From NCBI RefSeq assembly GCF_006345805.1, contig NC_043011.1, forward strand, positions 33,368,464 to 33,432,463: a DNA stretch of 64,000 bases, written 5' to 3'. Both the position numbers and the translations under genes were made by a program. The notes below the pieces were generated by a model. It made no database searches. It was not told the DNA's origin and was given only the letters and a program-made list of their open reading frames with translations. Positions 52,601-64,000 of the stretch are shown here, piece by piece (the first letter of the stretch is position 1; every line of letters begins with the position of its first letter). This stretch comes from Octopus sinensis (lineage: Eukaryota).

Positions 52601-53673
52601 TTCTTTTGTAAGGGAGTAAATTATCGTCAAATCTACTTCAATAATTTAGCAATAATTTTCTGATTATATATATGTAACTGACACTATGTCGGTTATGACA
52701 ACATAGGGTTTAGTTGATCCAATCAACGGAACAGGCTGCTCGTGAAATTAACGTGCAAGTAACTGAGCACTCTACAGACATGTATACCCTTAACATAGTT
52801 TCTTTCTCCCGGAGATTTAGTGCAACACACAAAATATGACAAGTCTGGCCCTTTGAAATGCCAGTACAAACTCATTTTTGTCGGCTGAGTGGACTGGAGC
52901 AACATGAAATACAGTGTCTTACTCAAAGACACAATGTGCCACTAGGACTCAAACTAACGACCTTACAATCATGAGTCAAATACTCTAAACATAAAGCCAT
53001 ACGCCTTCTACAGAAGAATTTCATCATTAATTGGCTCTATCAGTGCTACCTATTTAGACATGATTTTCTGTCTCAAAAAAGAAGGGACGAGCTAGTTACA
53101 GTGGTGTTTGTAAAGGATATTCATTAATCATTCAATATGATTAAGCATTCAATATGCTCATTCATGACAGATGATAACCAGAAGACTATGGAAAACTGAG
53201 TGCATGCTTTCTCATCTCATAGGGACATATATACACATAGTATGATTGAAACTGCAAACATGGATATACAGTTAAGAAGTAGTTTACTTACAACCAAACG
53301 ATTTCAGGTTCAATGCCACTCTTTTAGGCACCTTCAGCAAGTGTCTTCTATTACAGTGCCAGCCTGACCACAGCTATGAGAGTCGATTTGGTAGATGGAA
53401 ACTGAAAGAAGCCTGCCACACACATACATACATATTATTATTATTATTTAAGGCAGTGAGCTGGCAGAATTGTTAGCATGCCAAGTGAAATTCTTAGTGG
53501 TATTTCGTCCGTCTTTAAATTCTCAGTTCAAATTCCACCAAGGTTGACTTTGCCTTTCATCCTTTCAGGGTTAATAAAGTAAGTACCAGTTGAACACTGG
53601 CATTGATGTAATCGACTCATCCCCTCCACCAAAATTGCTGTCCTTGTAGCAAAATTTGAAACTATTATTATTA

Positions 53674-53722
<49 letters not shown>

Positions 53723-53919
53723 TAAGAAGGCAGTCAGCTGGCAGAATCATTAGCATGCTGGGCAAAATGCTTAGTGATATTTCATACAACTTTACAACTT
53801 TACACTCTGAGTTCAAATTCCACTGAGGCTAAGTTTGCTTTTCATCCGTATGGGGTCGATAAAATAAGTACCAGTCAAGCACTGGGGTCAATTTAATCAG
53901 CTTATTCCTTCCCCTGATA

Positions 53920-54505
53920 CAATAATAGAGGATAAAACTTTTTTTGAAAGGAATTTCATCAGTGGCCAGCATATAAAACGAAACTAATTAAGATGAAAAT
54001 TATGTATAATTATAATAAGGGCTAAGAAAAATTTTCAAGTCTATATGGTGAGAAACAGATGTTAAATCATCTTACCACTCATAGAAGTCACAAACACATG
54101 TGTTGAATGCGATACAACAAGCTAATGGAAATTTTTGAGTGGTAAGACAATTTAGCATCTATTTCTCTGCATATACGCTAGAAAAATTTTCTAAACCCTT
54201 ATTATCTATCTATCTATATATATATATATATATATATATAATAACAAAGGGTAAAATTAGTTAATTAAGAAGTAACCAATAATTTCACCAAGTAGAATTC
54301 GGTATGAAAAAAGGACCGTTTCACGGTAAACTTAAGTAATACTTATTAATAAAGGTTCAGCAAAGATTTGCTTTACCACATACCGAAGTTTAGAAATAGC
54401 AGCCAAAAAATCTTAGCTATTTCTTCTACTTTAAAAAGGGACTCCTAGAGAAACCCAAATACTTGAAGTATTTTGGTAAAGCAAATCTTTGCTGAACCTT
54501 ATTAA
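53920..54505. mobile_element. Two adjacent (TA)n-associated fold-back elements
   Basis: Inverted arms 54012-54080 / 54136-54205 and 54348-54378 / 54474-54503, separated by (TA)n. Confidence 0.6.
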
Positions 54506-54506
54506 G

Positions 54507-54534
<28 letters not shown>

Positions 54535-54538
<4 letters not shown>

Positions 54539-54788
54539 GTTGGTGCATAATTATTGTGGCTTTTTTTTCAACAAATTTTATTCAACAAAATCAATAACAG
54601 TATGTAACAAAAACATCTTTGAATGATTATTCCAGAGCATATTTACCACCTACTTCAATTACTGCTTCCCATTTGCTTGGCAGACAGTCAGACCATCATT
54701 TAAAAATGCTTTTCTTAAATATTGTTATTTTTTTTTTGTTGAATAAAATTTTTTGAAAAAAAGTCACAATAATTATGCACTAACCAAA
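54535..54788 (-). mobile_element. Mariner-derived MITE
   Basis: TIRs TTGGGTTGGTGCATAATTATTG / CAATAATTATGCACTAACCAAA, TA flanks; minus strand encodes LPSKWEAVIEVGGKYALE*, a mariner-like C-terminus. Confidence 0.8.
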
Positions 54789-55166
54789 TATATATATATA
54801 CATATATATATATAAGCTGACTCACTGTTGCCATACCTATCTTAATGTATTTATGATTTGAGTGTGACTTTGTATTTCCTTCTCTTAACATTGCTTGATA
54901 GTTGTGTATGAGCGTCACTCTCATACAAGTGTTGTCATTCATTTCCAATATTCTACCAAGACATGAGGAAATATGACTTTGTTTGCTTGAGAACAGGTGA
55001 GAGCTGACAAGAAGAAGGACATCTAGACATAGAAAATCTGTCTCAATACTCTCTGTACGACTCATGCGAGCATGGAAAAGTAGGTGTTAAAATGATGATA
55101 ATGATGTATATAGGGGTATGAAATGGAAGGCAAGAGTGGAAGTGAGTGACCAACCAATACTTAACT

Positions 55167-55212
<46 letters not shown>

Positions 55213-55362
55213 ATAATATTATTGTTTACATGTGGTGACAGGTTGATTACGTTGACATAATTAGTATTTTGCAATATTTTTTATAAACATAACACACCTG
55301 TGTACCTGTTAGTCAAGGTCATATAAATTCAATTATATTTAACATGAAAACAGGCTTATTCA

Positions 55363-55401
<39 letters not shown>

Positions 55402-55438
55402 CACATACATTTATATACACATACATACATATATATAC

Positions 55439-55469
<31 letters not shown>

Positions 55470-55756
55470 CATACATATATATATACACATACATACATAT
55501 ATATATATATACATACATATACATACACACAGGTACGGCTGCATGGTTCCAGGTTCAGTCCAACAACATGGGACCTAGGGTATGTGTCTACTACTGTACC
55601 CCCAGGCTGATCAAAGTTTTGTGAGCAGATTTGGTAGACAGAAACTGAACGAATCCCATCATATATATACCTATGTGTGTGTGTGTTTTTGTGTTGATTT
55701 GTTTATGTCCCTGTAACTTAGTGGTTTGGCAAATATATATATATATATATATATAT

Positions 55757-56222
55757 TTAAAGAATAAAATGTTTCAAATGGTACAACAATGCACTATAAT
55801 GCAAACAATGGCTATATACCTGTTGTAATTTAACCATCCATAGTCTGATAATATTTCGGAATAAAATTCCTTCCTCAGATATCCCTAGAATTTTAACTCA
55901 TTGCCAGTATGGTACAAACTGGCTTTTTGTATTGCTTATTTTTAAAAACGTTTTTATGAATTCGGATAATCTTTAATGGAGTCGCTGCTATAATCGGTTT
56001 TCTATATGGCTATTCTTACAAAATCGATTATAGCCTTGACTCCATCAATTTCTAGGGATATCTAAGGAAGGAATTTTATTCTGAAATATTATTAGACTAT
56101 GGATGGTTAAATTACAACAGATACATAGTCCATTGTTTGCTTTATAGTGCATTGTTTTACTATTTGAAACATTTTATTCTTTACAAACAATACACAATGC
56201 TTCAAGCGAACTACAATACTCT
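55757..56222. mobile_element. Penelope-like fold-back remnant with hammerhead motif, (TA)n-flanked
   Basis: Arms 55757-55890 / 56050-56183, inner arms 55975-56001 / 56020-56045. Confidence 0.7.
55845..55883 (-). ncRNA. Minimal hammerhead ribozyme-like motif
   Basis: Minus strand: GATAT-CTGAGGA-A-GGAAT-TTT-ATTCC-GAAAT-ATT-ATCAG; intact core boxes, perfect 5-bp stem II, palindromic stem III (AUAU), short stem I. Confidence 0.6.
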
Positions 56223-56246
56223 TATATATATATATACACACACACA

Positions 56247-57741
56247 CACCCAGAACCACGCTAATAGATTAGGAGTGAAATTTAGGATTTCTCAGGTTTT
56301 CTGTGAATTGATTTTGCTAAAACTTTTCCTAACTAGTTTTCACACTATGGCAACACTATTGTTACGTTTTCATTATTCCATGTAACATGCTTTCTTTTTT
56401 TTATTTCAGATTCTTGTTTTTGGGGTGAACCATGCTAAAAACTTTTGAATGAAAATAGCCCATCTAGGCATTTCTTTTTTTCTTCAGAAAATGAAAAGTA
56501 ACAATATATTGAGTATATATTTAACAGAAAACCATAATATTATAACATTTATTGACATAATGAATATTTAGCTATTTGAGTGCCAAGGAAGAAATGATAC
56601 AGTTGTGGGACCTCCAAGACTGTGGCAGATAGAGATTTAAGGAATATTGGCAGCAAGTTACGTGGGAAACTTGGACAAAGAAGCAAAGCCATTTTCACCA
56701 CCTCTGAATTTCCTCATGTACCAAAAACCACTAGAAATCGCATCCTTTGGATCATGGCTTCCATGTGAGAACCCCTGAAACTGCCTCTTCACTGGAGTTT
56801 GAGGCTTCAATGGGCCCAAAATTACATGACGTTAGACTTGAGTTGTGTTCTGTTCACTGACGAAATCAGGACAACCCTTGATGAACCTGACAGCTGGGTA
56901 AATGGTTGGGTCTGTTTTGGAGATGAGCTTCACCAACGTTTACGACATCAACAACAGGGTGGAGGTGTCATGTTGTAGGCTGGTATCGTTGGGGACAGAC
57001 TTGTTGGCCCAGTCAGGGTGCCTGAAGAGGTTACAGTGACTGCAATCTCCTGAATGAGGTCTTGGATCCCTGGCTAGATGACATACTGCTGACACTTCTA
57101 AGGAATCTCATATTCATGCATGACAATGCTTCCTCCCACTTTGCCAGGACCACCCAAACATTCCTAGGGTCTTACAGCATACAAGGGGAAAGGATGATGG
57201 TGTGGCCGCCAGCATCTCTGGATCTCAACCCTATCAAAAATCTTTGGTCCATCATTAAACAAGATGTTTATGCTGATGGATGTCAATTTATATCAAAAGA
57301 TGTCTTATGGGCAACCATCAAAGCTGCAACAGAGGCAGCCCGACCTGCTACTATTAAGAAATTGACAGATTCCATAACTAATAGTTTTTGAAGTTATCTG
57401 TTGAAATGGCACTCATGTGGCTAAATAATTCATTATGTCAATAAATGTTATATTATTGTTAGGGTTTTCTGTTAAATATATTACTCAATGTATGCTTAAT
57501 ATGTATCATTACCCTTCATTTTCTGAAAAAAAGAAATATCTAGATGGGCTATTTTCATTCAAAAGCTATTAGCATGGTTCACCCAAAAACTGAAGAATCT
57601 GAAATTAAAAAGAAAGGACAACACGCAGAATGGTGTTGTCTTAGTGTGCAAACCAGGTGGGAAAAATTTTATCAAAATCAATTCACAGAAAACTAAGAAA
57701 TCCTAAATTTCACTCCGAAGCTATTAACGAGGTTCTGGGTG
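56247..57741 (+). mobile_element. Tc1-like DD37E (TRT-type) transposon with about 320-bp TIRs
   Basis: Ends CACCCAGAACC / GGTTCTGGGTG-TA; inverted homology 56247-56570 versus 57420-57741. Confidence 0.88.
56580..57420 (+). pseudogene. DD37E transposase pseudogene
   Basis: VLFTDEIRTTLDEPDSW, QQGGGVML*AGI, FMHDNASSH, WPPASLDLNPIKNLWS; 37 residues between the second D and the E position (here K). Confidence 0.85.
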
Positions 57742-58099
57742 TATATGCAACTATACATATGTATACATCCAAACACTCATACATGTACATGCATCCATAC
57801 ATGTGTGTGTGTGTGCATGTTAATTAAAACTGTGCCTAAGAATTGTCTCCTGACTTGAGTTTCACATCATTGCAACCTGCAGGCAATCTGTCACATAAAA
57901 ATTGCAGGTGCATGAAATTCAAGTTGCCAGACAATTTTGTTTTCTCAAAAATTTAGCTTTGATCCACTCCAAATTTTTTGCTTTTAACTGGGAAAAATTG
58001 TTTGATGGATTTTCTATTTAAAAAACATAACTACAAATTGTATGCATTCCCCTATCTTCATCTTTGTTTCCTCATAACTTTCTGAGTTGAGTGCTTTGT

Positions 58100-58485
58100 G
58101 ACAGTTTGCCATACATTTGCCTGGAAATCCTGTCGAGATGCGCAAATGATCAACCCAGTGCATACAGTGAAGTTGGGTGTGGGCCTCAATACTCACTAAA
58201 GACTGGCAAGATATTATCATCATTCCTTTGTACAAAGGTAAAGGATCACATAAGAACTGTCAAAATAGTGTGACATTGATCTATTGGCAGCAGCAACAAG
58301 GCTAAATGCCCACATCACATAGGACCTTACCAGAATCTCAGTGTAGCTTCAGACTAAACGAAAGTCCAATAGATATGATATTCACTAGACAAATTCAAGA
58401 AAAGTGTTTTGAACAACATAACCCCTACCAAGAGTTCGTGTATCTAGGAAAAGCATTTGACACTGTACACCATGAAACGATTTTG
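58100..58485 (+). pseudogene. RTE LINE RT remnant
   Basis: LPESQCSFR...IDMIFTRQIQEKCFEQ...FVYLGKAFDTV. Confidence 0.8.
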
Positions 58486-58524
58486 AATACATACATACAT
58501 ACATGTAAATTATTTTTTCAACTA

Positions 58525-59205
58525 TATGGTTCCAAATTCAGTCCCAATATGTGGCACCTTCAGGAAGTGGCTTCTGCTATAACCACAAGCTGACCCAAAG
58601 CCTTGTAAGTGGACTTGGTAAACAGAAACTGAAAGAAGCTTGTCGTATCTGTATAAAATCTACGTGTATGCGTATTTGCGGATGTGCTCCCACCAGCGCT
58701 TGACAACCGGTGTTGGTTTGTTTACGCCCACGTAACTTAACGGTTCGGCAAAAAGAGCCCTTTAGAATAGATACTAGGCTTCAAAAAGTAAAAATCGAGT
58801 TCGACTGTTCGACTAAACCTTTTTAAGTGATGCCCCAGTATGGTTACGGTCCAACGACTGAAACAAGAAATAAAATTTTATACAAGTGTAGGCATGGCTG
58901 TGTGGTAAGAAGTTTGCTAATCACATGGTTTCGGGTTCAGTCCCACTGCGTTGCATTCTGAGCAATTCTTTTCTACTATAGCCTCGGGCTGATTAAAGCC
59001 TTGTGAGTGGATCTAGGAGACGGAAACTGAAGGAAGCCCATTATACACACTCACACACACACACACATATATGATGGCAGGTGATGTATGTTAACTTAGT
59101 GGTTCGGTAAAAAAAAAGACTGATAAAATAAGTACCAGATTTTTTTTAAAATTAGTACTGGAGTCGATTCGTTCGACTAAAATTCAAGGCAGTGCCCCAG
59201 TGTGG
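58525..59205 (+). mobile_element. Two tandem SINE family A copies
   Basis: 58525-58870 and 58886-59205; CpGs noticeably retained. Confidence 0.8.
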
Positions 59206-60099
59206 TAATATTAAACGTGGTAGGCAGAAAATAAATTTTAAGGAAATGTAATTACGCATTACATATATGTCCTAGTACGCGCATACAGCTTTTGGTGACC
59301 ATTATAGTAACAAATGTAAACATAAGTGAAAATCCAATTCACCGGTGATTTTGAACAAAAATTCCTTGTAATATTACCTCCTCCAGATTTACTCAAACCC
59401 TTATTACTTTCCCAATTACGAAGTTAATGGTTAGCTTTGTTGAAAATCGGTAACCAACGACGCTATTGTTCACAAAATATTATATTACACACACACATTA
59501 CCATAAACCTTTATAAAATGACTAGGTTTGTGCAAGAATAAAGATAGCTGAATTAACTTCCTTATAATCAATGAAAGAAATATTAGATCGGCCCTGCCTT
59601 CATTCTAGTTCGAAACAAATTGTCTTATAAAGGCCAATGCCAAAGGCTAGAATTTTATATGTATAAAGCAAAGTTGTTAGCTTAGAAATAATTACTATTT
59701 TGATTAGTAATTTAGTCTCTACGTGATTGCTTGAACGGTTAGAAATAGCAGTCAAATCTTCCTCCTCCATCTTAAATAATTCCGTTAGATAAATTAGTCA
59801 ATAACATACAAAACGTGGTGGTCATGACTGGAACGTTTTTAATTATTGGCCTGCTCTAGCGGAGTTGACCTGGTGTTAAAGAATACTTTATATAAGGCGG
59901 AAAAGAGTTCGATTGTCGTTATTTTTATTTTATTGGTTACTTCTCTTTCTTTGTTCAACTATAACTCTTACTCAGTGCTTCTCTCTCTCTCTGTCTTCCG
60001 TTCCTCTTTTTCTCTCTATATATCACCTAAACCAGTATTTTCTATTGATGTTATACAAACTGCAAGCTGACTGATACACTACCCAGACGAGTATACGCC

Positions 60100-61420
60100 C
60101 AAACATTCTCTTTCTGTCTCTCTCTTCCTCACACACATTCGCGTATGTAAATCAGTTAATTTTTACGCGTGGGTGTTCACAGATGTGCGTGTAAGTTATT
60201 TTTTTCGTAGCATTTCTAGAAGTAATCTTCGCCACCACCTATATCCATTACTACGACCAACAGTGCTACCTTTTTTTGAGGCTGGAGATAACTCTACCTT
60301 TGGTAAAAGTTAGTTCGTATCATTATCAACCACATATATTAATAACATTCAGCTATAGACAACAAAAGAGAGAAAAATCAACAGAAGTACAATCATCAGC
60401 AACAACATTAATCGGACAACACCCAGTCTTTTGTAAACTATACTAAATAATTTTAGGTGCGTCTTCACGGTGCTTATTGACTCTCTCTATCCTGATAGTA
60501 ATCTATCAAATGACATACGTTTTTGTCTATTAAATAATATTTTACTCTCGAAGTAAAGCCCTTGGTCAATTTAGCATTTTCGGAGAAAATTTTCCGCGCA
60601 AAAAATAGCAAAAGAGCGGGGCAGAGCAGTTCTCGAAGAGTTTACGATATATGATATAAACTGAAGAAAGAAAAAAGATTATTGAAATTGTTTTAATAGA
60701 TCTGGTGAAGAATAATCGCAGTTTCATAAAGTGATTTAATCAATATATCTATATACACAATACTTTGAAAAACTAAAACGTTATACGTTCTGGGGAAGAG
60801 AGAGAAAGGAGCAGAAGAATTACAGAGAAGTTGGTACAAAAGCTAAACATTCCGAAACGAAGCAATACGAAACGAACAGAAGGCGGCGAGCGGAAGAGAC
60901 AGAAATTCGCTGCGACCATGAAACGGACTTTGAAAATGCAGTCTAAGAACGAGGCGAAGAAGAGCGATAATGATAAAGACGATGACGACAATGAGAGCGG
61001 CAGGTTGAGAGAAAGAGACCGAGAGAAGGAGGCACGGCAGACGAGACAGACGAGGCAAACAAGACAGTCGGGTGAGTCATTTAGTAAAATGAACCCGTTG
61101 GAGAAAGCTCGTGCCCTGCTTGGAGGTGGCAGTAGCTACAGCGCCAGTACCAGCAGTGGTGCCAGCACCAGTGGCAGCAGGAGCAGCACTACCTCCACCA
61201 CCACCGCCGCCGCCACCACCACTACCACTACCAACGACACCAGCAGCAACACCAATGCCAACGACAACGGCAGCACCAGTGCCAATGCCACACCGAATGC
61301 CGCAACCACGGACAACCAAACACCAGCATCTGTAACCGCAGCAGCTGCTGACACCGCATCAGATGAGACAATCTACCCCGAATTTATGGATGATGTTCAC
61401 ATTACTGCAGCTTCTTGGGT
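60100..61420 (+). promoter_or_regulatory. CpG-retaining, TE-poor putative promoter / first-exon region
   Basis: CpG dinucleotides look frequent here and SINEs are absent, unlike the rest of the window. Judged by eye. Confidence 0.45.
60918..61418 (+). CDS. Putative first coding exon of an unidentified host gene (Ser/Thr/Ala/Asn-rich N-terminus)
   Basis: Long GC-rich open frame; in-frame ATGs at 60918 (GCGACCATG) and 61089 (MNPLEKARALLGGG...ETIYPEFMDDVHITAASW); donor TGG|GTAGGT at 61419, after which the sequence becomes AT-rich and microsatellite-containing. Confidence 0.55.
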
Positions 61421-61446
61421 AGGTTTGGAGAACATAAAAAGATCGC

Positions 61447-61482
<36 letters not shown>

Positions 61483-62201
61483 ATATATATATACGATCCT
61501 TTTTTTATGTTGATAATTTTTTTATTTTCACTTTAAAATCTGAGTGTGTATTACATGCAATGGCAATGTGTCAGCAGTCCCAAATTACCCCGGTCACCTA
61601 TTAATCCGTTCCGACTATTCTCTTCCGGCACCACTACTCAAATAAAATTTAAAAAATCCTGTAACAGTTTCTACCTTCATTTATGTGGTAGTGAAGCAAC
61701 AGTAAATAAATGTAACTTTAATATTTTATTAGACAGAAATACAATGACTATTATTTCGAAGTGACCCTGGCAATGTAATCGAATCTTCCTAACTAACCAC
61801 AACTTTAGATTACTCTTTTTCTACCACCAACACCACCCCATAAACACACACACACAAATGCGCGCGAATATTTAAAAGGAAAATATCATAATACGATTTG
61901 CTGATATAAGCGAAAGAACACTAATTTATATTTGCTGTGAAATTGTTTGTTGTTTTCCAACGATCTCCCGATATTTAAAGAAACTCTAATGTTAGCCTGA
62001 GTAGGTCAGAAGACGGTAAAATCGAACAGCTTATAGTAACTTGCATTTTATTTCCTGCTTTCATTTTTTATGTTTAACTTTGTGGCTTATTCCATCCAAT
62101 GCTCTTCTTTCACGAAACACTTTTTCTATTTCATGCACCTTATTTGTTCTGTGTTGTTTTCCTTTTCCGATGAAGATCTTTGCGACAAGACCAGATATTT
62201 T

Positions 62202-62286
62202 GGCGAAGGTAAAGATTACGCACACCCAGCGGTTAGGGTTAGGGTTACGCTGAAAACGGGTGGTTTGCGTATTCTTTACGTCCGCC
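62202..62286. mobile_element. 85-bp MITE with 8-bp TSD and internal telomeric-type repeat
   Basis: TIR GGCGAAGGTAAAGATTACGCACACC / GGTTTGCGTATTCTTTACGTCCGCC; TSD GATATTTT at 62194-62201 and 62287-62294; loop GGTTAGGGTTAGGGTTA. Confidence 0.75.
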
Positions 62287-63019
62287 GATATTTTTAGGAT
62301 ATTCACATGTCGAAATTGTTAAATATTTCTCACGGCCTTAAATAACACAGCTTTCTGCTTTTAGTTTTTCCCTGTTTCACTTTCATTATTGCCGAGGGAT
62401 AAATAATCTCGACTGCCCAAGACCCCTGTTTACATTATGGGCAGGCCTGTTTTCGTTTCAAATAACGTTTGAAAAGGGAGCAGTTTTGTTGCCTGTCTAA
62501 AGTATGTATAGTGTTAAACTGCGTGAGGGATCGATAAAATTTCGTTTAATCATTAAATATTCTTCCTTTACTGATATTTGCCTTGCTATTTGCTTGTCCA
62601 ACCTTCAAGAAACAGTAGCTAATTCTCCCTCAAAATACATCTACACTTTTAAATAAGGAAAGTATATATTAGATCATTTTTGCAATGCTAGAAATGACAA
62701 CCCAATTTTCTTCATATAACTCTTCGCTTCCTAAATATTGATGTCTTATTTAGGCACAAATGCAGCACTTTTGAAGGGAGAGTTTTACTCTGTACCATCA
62801 ACTCCAGTATTTGACTGGTACTTTTTTATCATTCCTGGAAGGATGAGAGGTAAAATTGACCTTGGCAGGATTTGAACTCTAAACCTAAAGAGTTGGAAGA
62901 AATATCACAAAGCATTTCTTCCTACTCACAATTCTACCAGCATAATGGTTTATGTCCCGCATTTAGGGGTCCACTATAATCTATTTATCCTCTTGCCAAA
63001 TTTCTTAGAAACTGTTAAT

Positions 63020-63219
63020 ATGAGAGAATGCTGAAAAGTTCCTGGCTTTAAGAGTATCATGAAAGGCCTGATTGTAGGCCCAACCTTTCAAATTCTTTCA
63101 CAGGGCTTAGAAAAACTGAAGGACCACTGCAATAAGTGTGTGAATCTGAGAAGAGAAAATGTTAAATAAAATCATAATTAACTGATCCTCCTGTATTTTC
63201 TTTTACCCAAAGCCAGGAA
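63020..63219 (+). mobile_element. Mariner-derived MITE remnant
   Basis: TGCTGAAAAGTTCCTGGCTTT...AAAGCCAGGAA inverted ends; encodes QGLEKLKDHCNKCVNLRRENVK*, a mariner-like C-terminus. Confidence 0.65.
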
Positions 63220-63699
63220 GATTGGAAACAAAAGCAGGATCATTACTGCACTGAACAAAGTGTTTAGCAGCATTGTCAACTTTGCTTTTCACTTGATAAA
63301 ACAAGTACCAGTTAAGCACTGGGTTTGATATTATCAACTCCTCCCTCTCAAAATTGTTGGCCCTGTGCCAAAATTAGAAAGAATTATTATTGAGGGTAGA
63401 TTGCAAGATTTATTAGAGCATCGGAGAAAATGCTTTATAGTATTTAGTTACAGCCCTTTACATTCTGAGTTCAAATTCTGTTAAAGTCAACTTAGCTTCT
63501 CAGCCTTCTGTAGTTGATACGATAAAGTATTTTACAGTGAAGTATTGGAGTTATATAACTAATTGTTTCATTTTTGACTGATCCCTTTCTGCCAAATTTC
63601 TGTCTTTCTGGGTTCAATAAATATTGTGCCAGTTAAATACTTGGGTTCAATTTAATTGACTAACTCCTACAACCTCCCACGAAGTTCTTCTAAAAATTA

Positions 63700-64000
63700 T
63701 TACCTTTGCCTTAGCGAAGGTGGAGGTATTGATTTGGATGAAATTTTCAGAGATGTTTGGCCTCAGGACTGGTACGAGTTGACTAGATTTTGGTATTGAT
63801 CCAGTATGGGACAAGGATTCCAGATTATTTTCCTTGTTTTTTTACTTAACTTATGAAAGGGGTCGGGTTTTTAGTATTCTTGTTTGTGAGAGCAGTCAAG
63901 TATATTTCAGATATTCTCATTTTAAAAATCATCTCCGGCTAACCATTGAGAGGACGTTGGTGTTGCCTTGGCAGAGGTTTGCGCTCTCTGAGTGCTCTTG
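63700..64000 (-). mobile_element. HINE-like element, copy 4
   Basis: Same family as 13497, with an internal deletion. Confidence 0.7.

Noticed and set aside
61077-61354. Overlapping Pro-rich, Gly-rich and Val-rich ORFs in other frames
   Set aside because: Shadow frames of the (ACC/GCC)n-rich exon.

Overview
AT-rich, repeat-saturated eukaryotic DNA. The repeat families and the (TA)n/(TTA)n/(CA)n load suggest an octopus (coleoid cephalopod) genome; this is inferred, not proven. Almost all six-frame ORFs are microsatellite or SINE artefacts. Real coding traces are transposon relics: a 5'-truncated but nearly intact R4/Dong-clade LINE (18.0-20.2 kb), a full-length dead mariner (28.8-30.1 kb) plus deleted mariners, a hAT/Ac-like element (46.7-48.7 kb), a DD37E/TRT-type Tc1 element with long TIRs (56.2-57.7 kb), a CR1-type LINE 3' end (45.0-45.85 kb), and RTE and Penelope RT scraps. 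At least five tRNA-derived SINE families (my labels A-E) and a Helentron-type non-autonomous family are present. The only likely host-gene signal is a CpG-rich first exon near 60.9-61.4 kb, product unidentified. The most notable pattern is a set of fold-back insertions, often flanked by (TA)n, several with minimal hammerhead-ribozyme cores. It includes a tRNA-headed SINE with a hammerhead tail that is head-to-head inverted at both loci, suggesting a SINE mobilised by Penelope-like machinery. All coordinates and alignments were read by eye.
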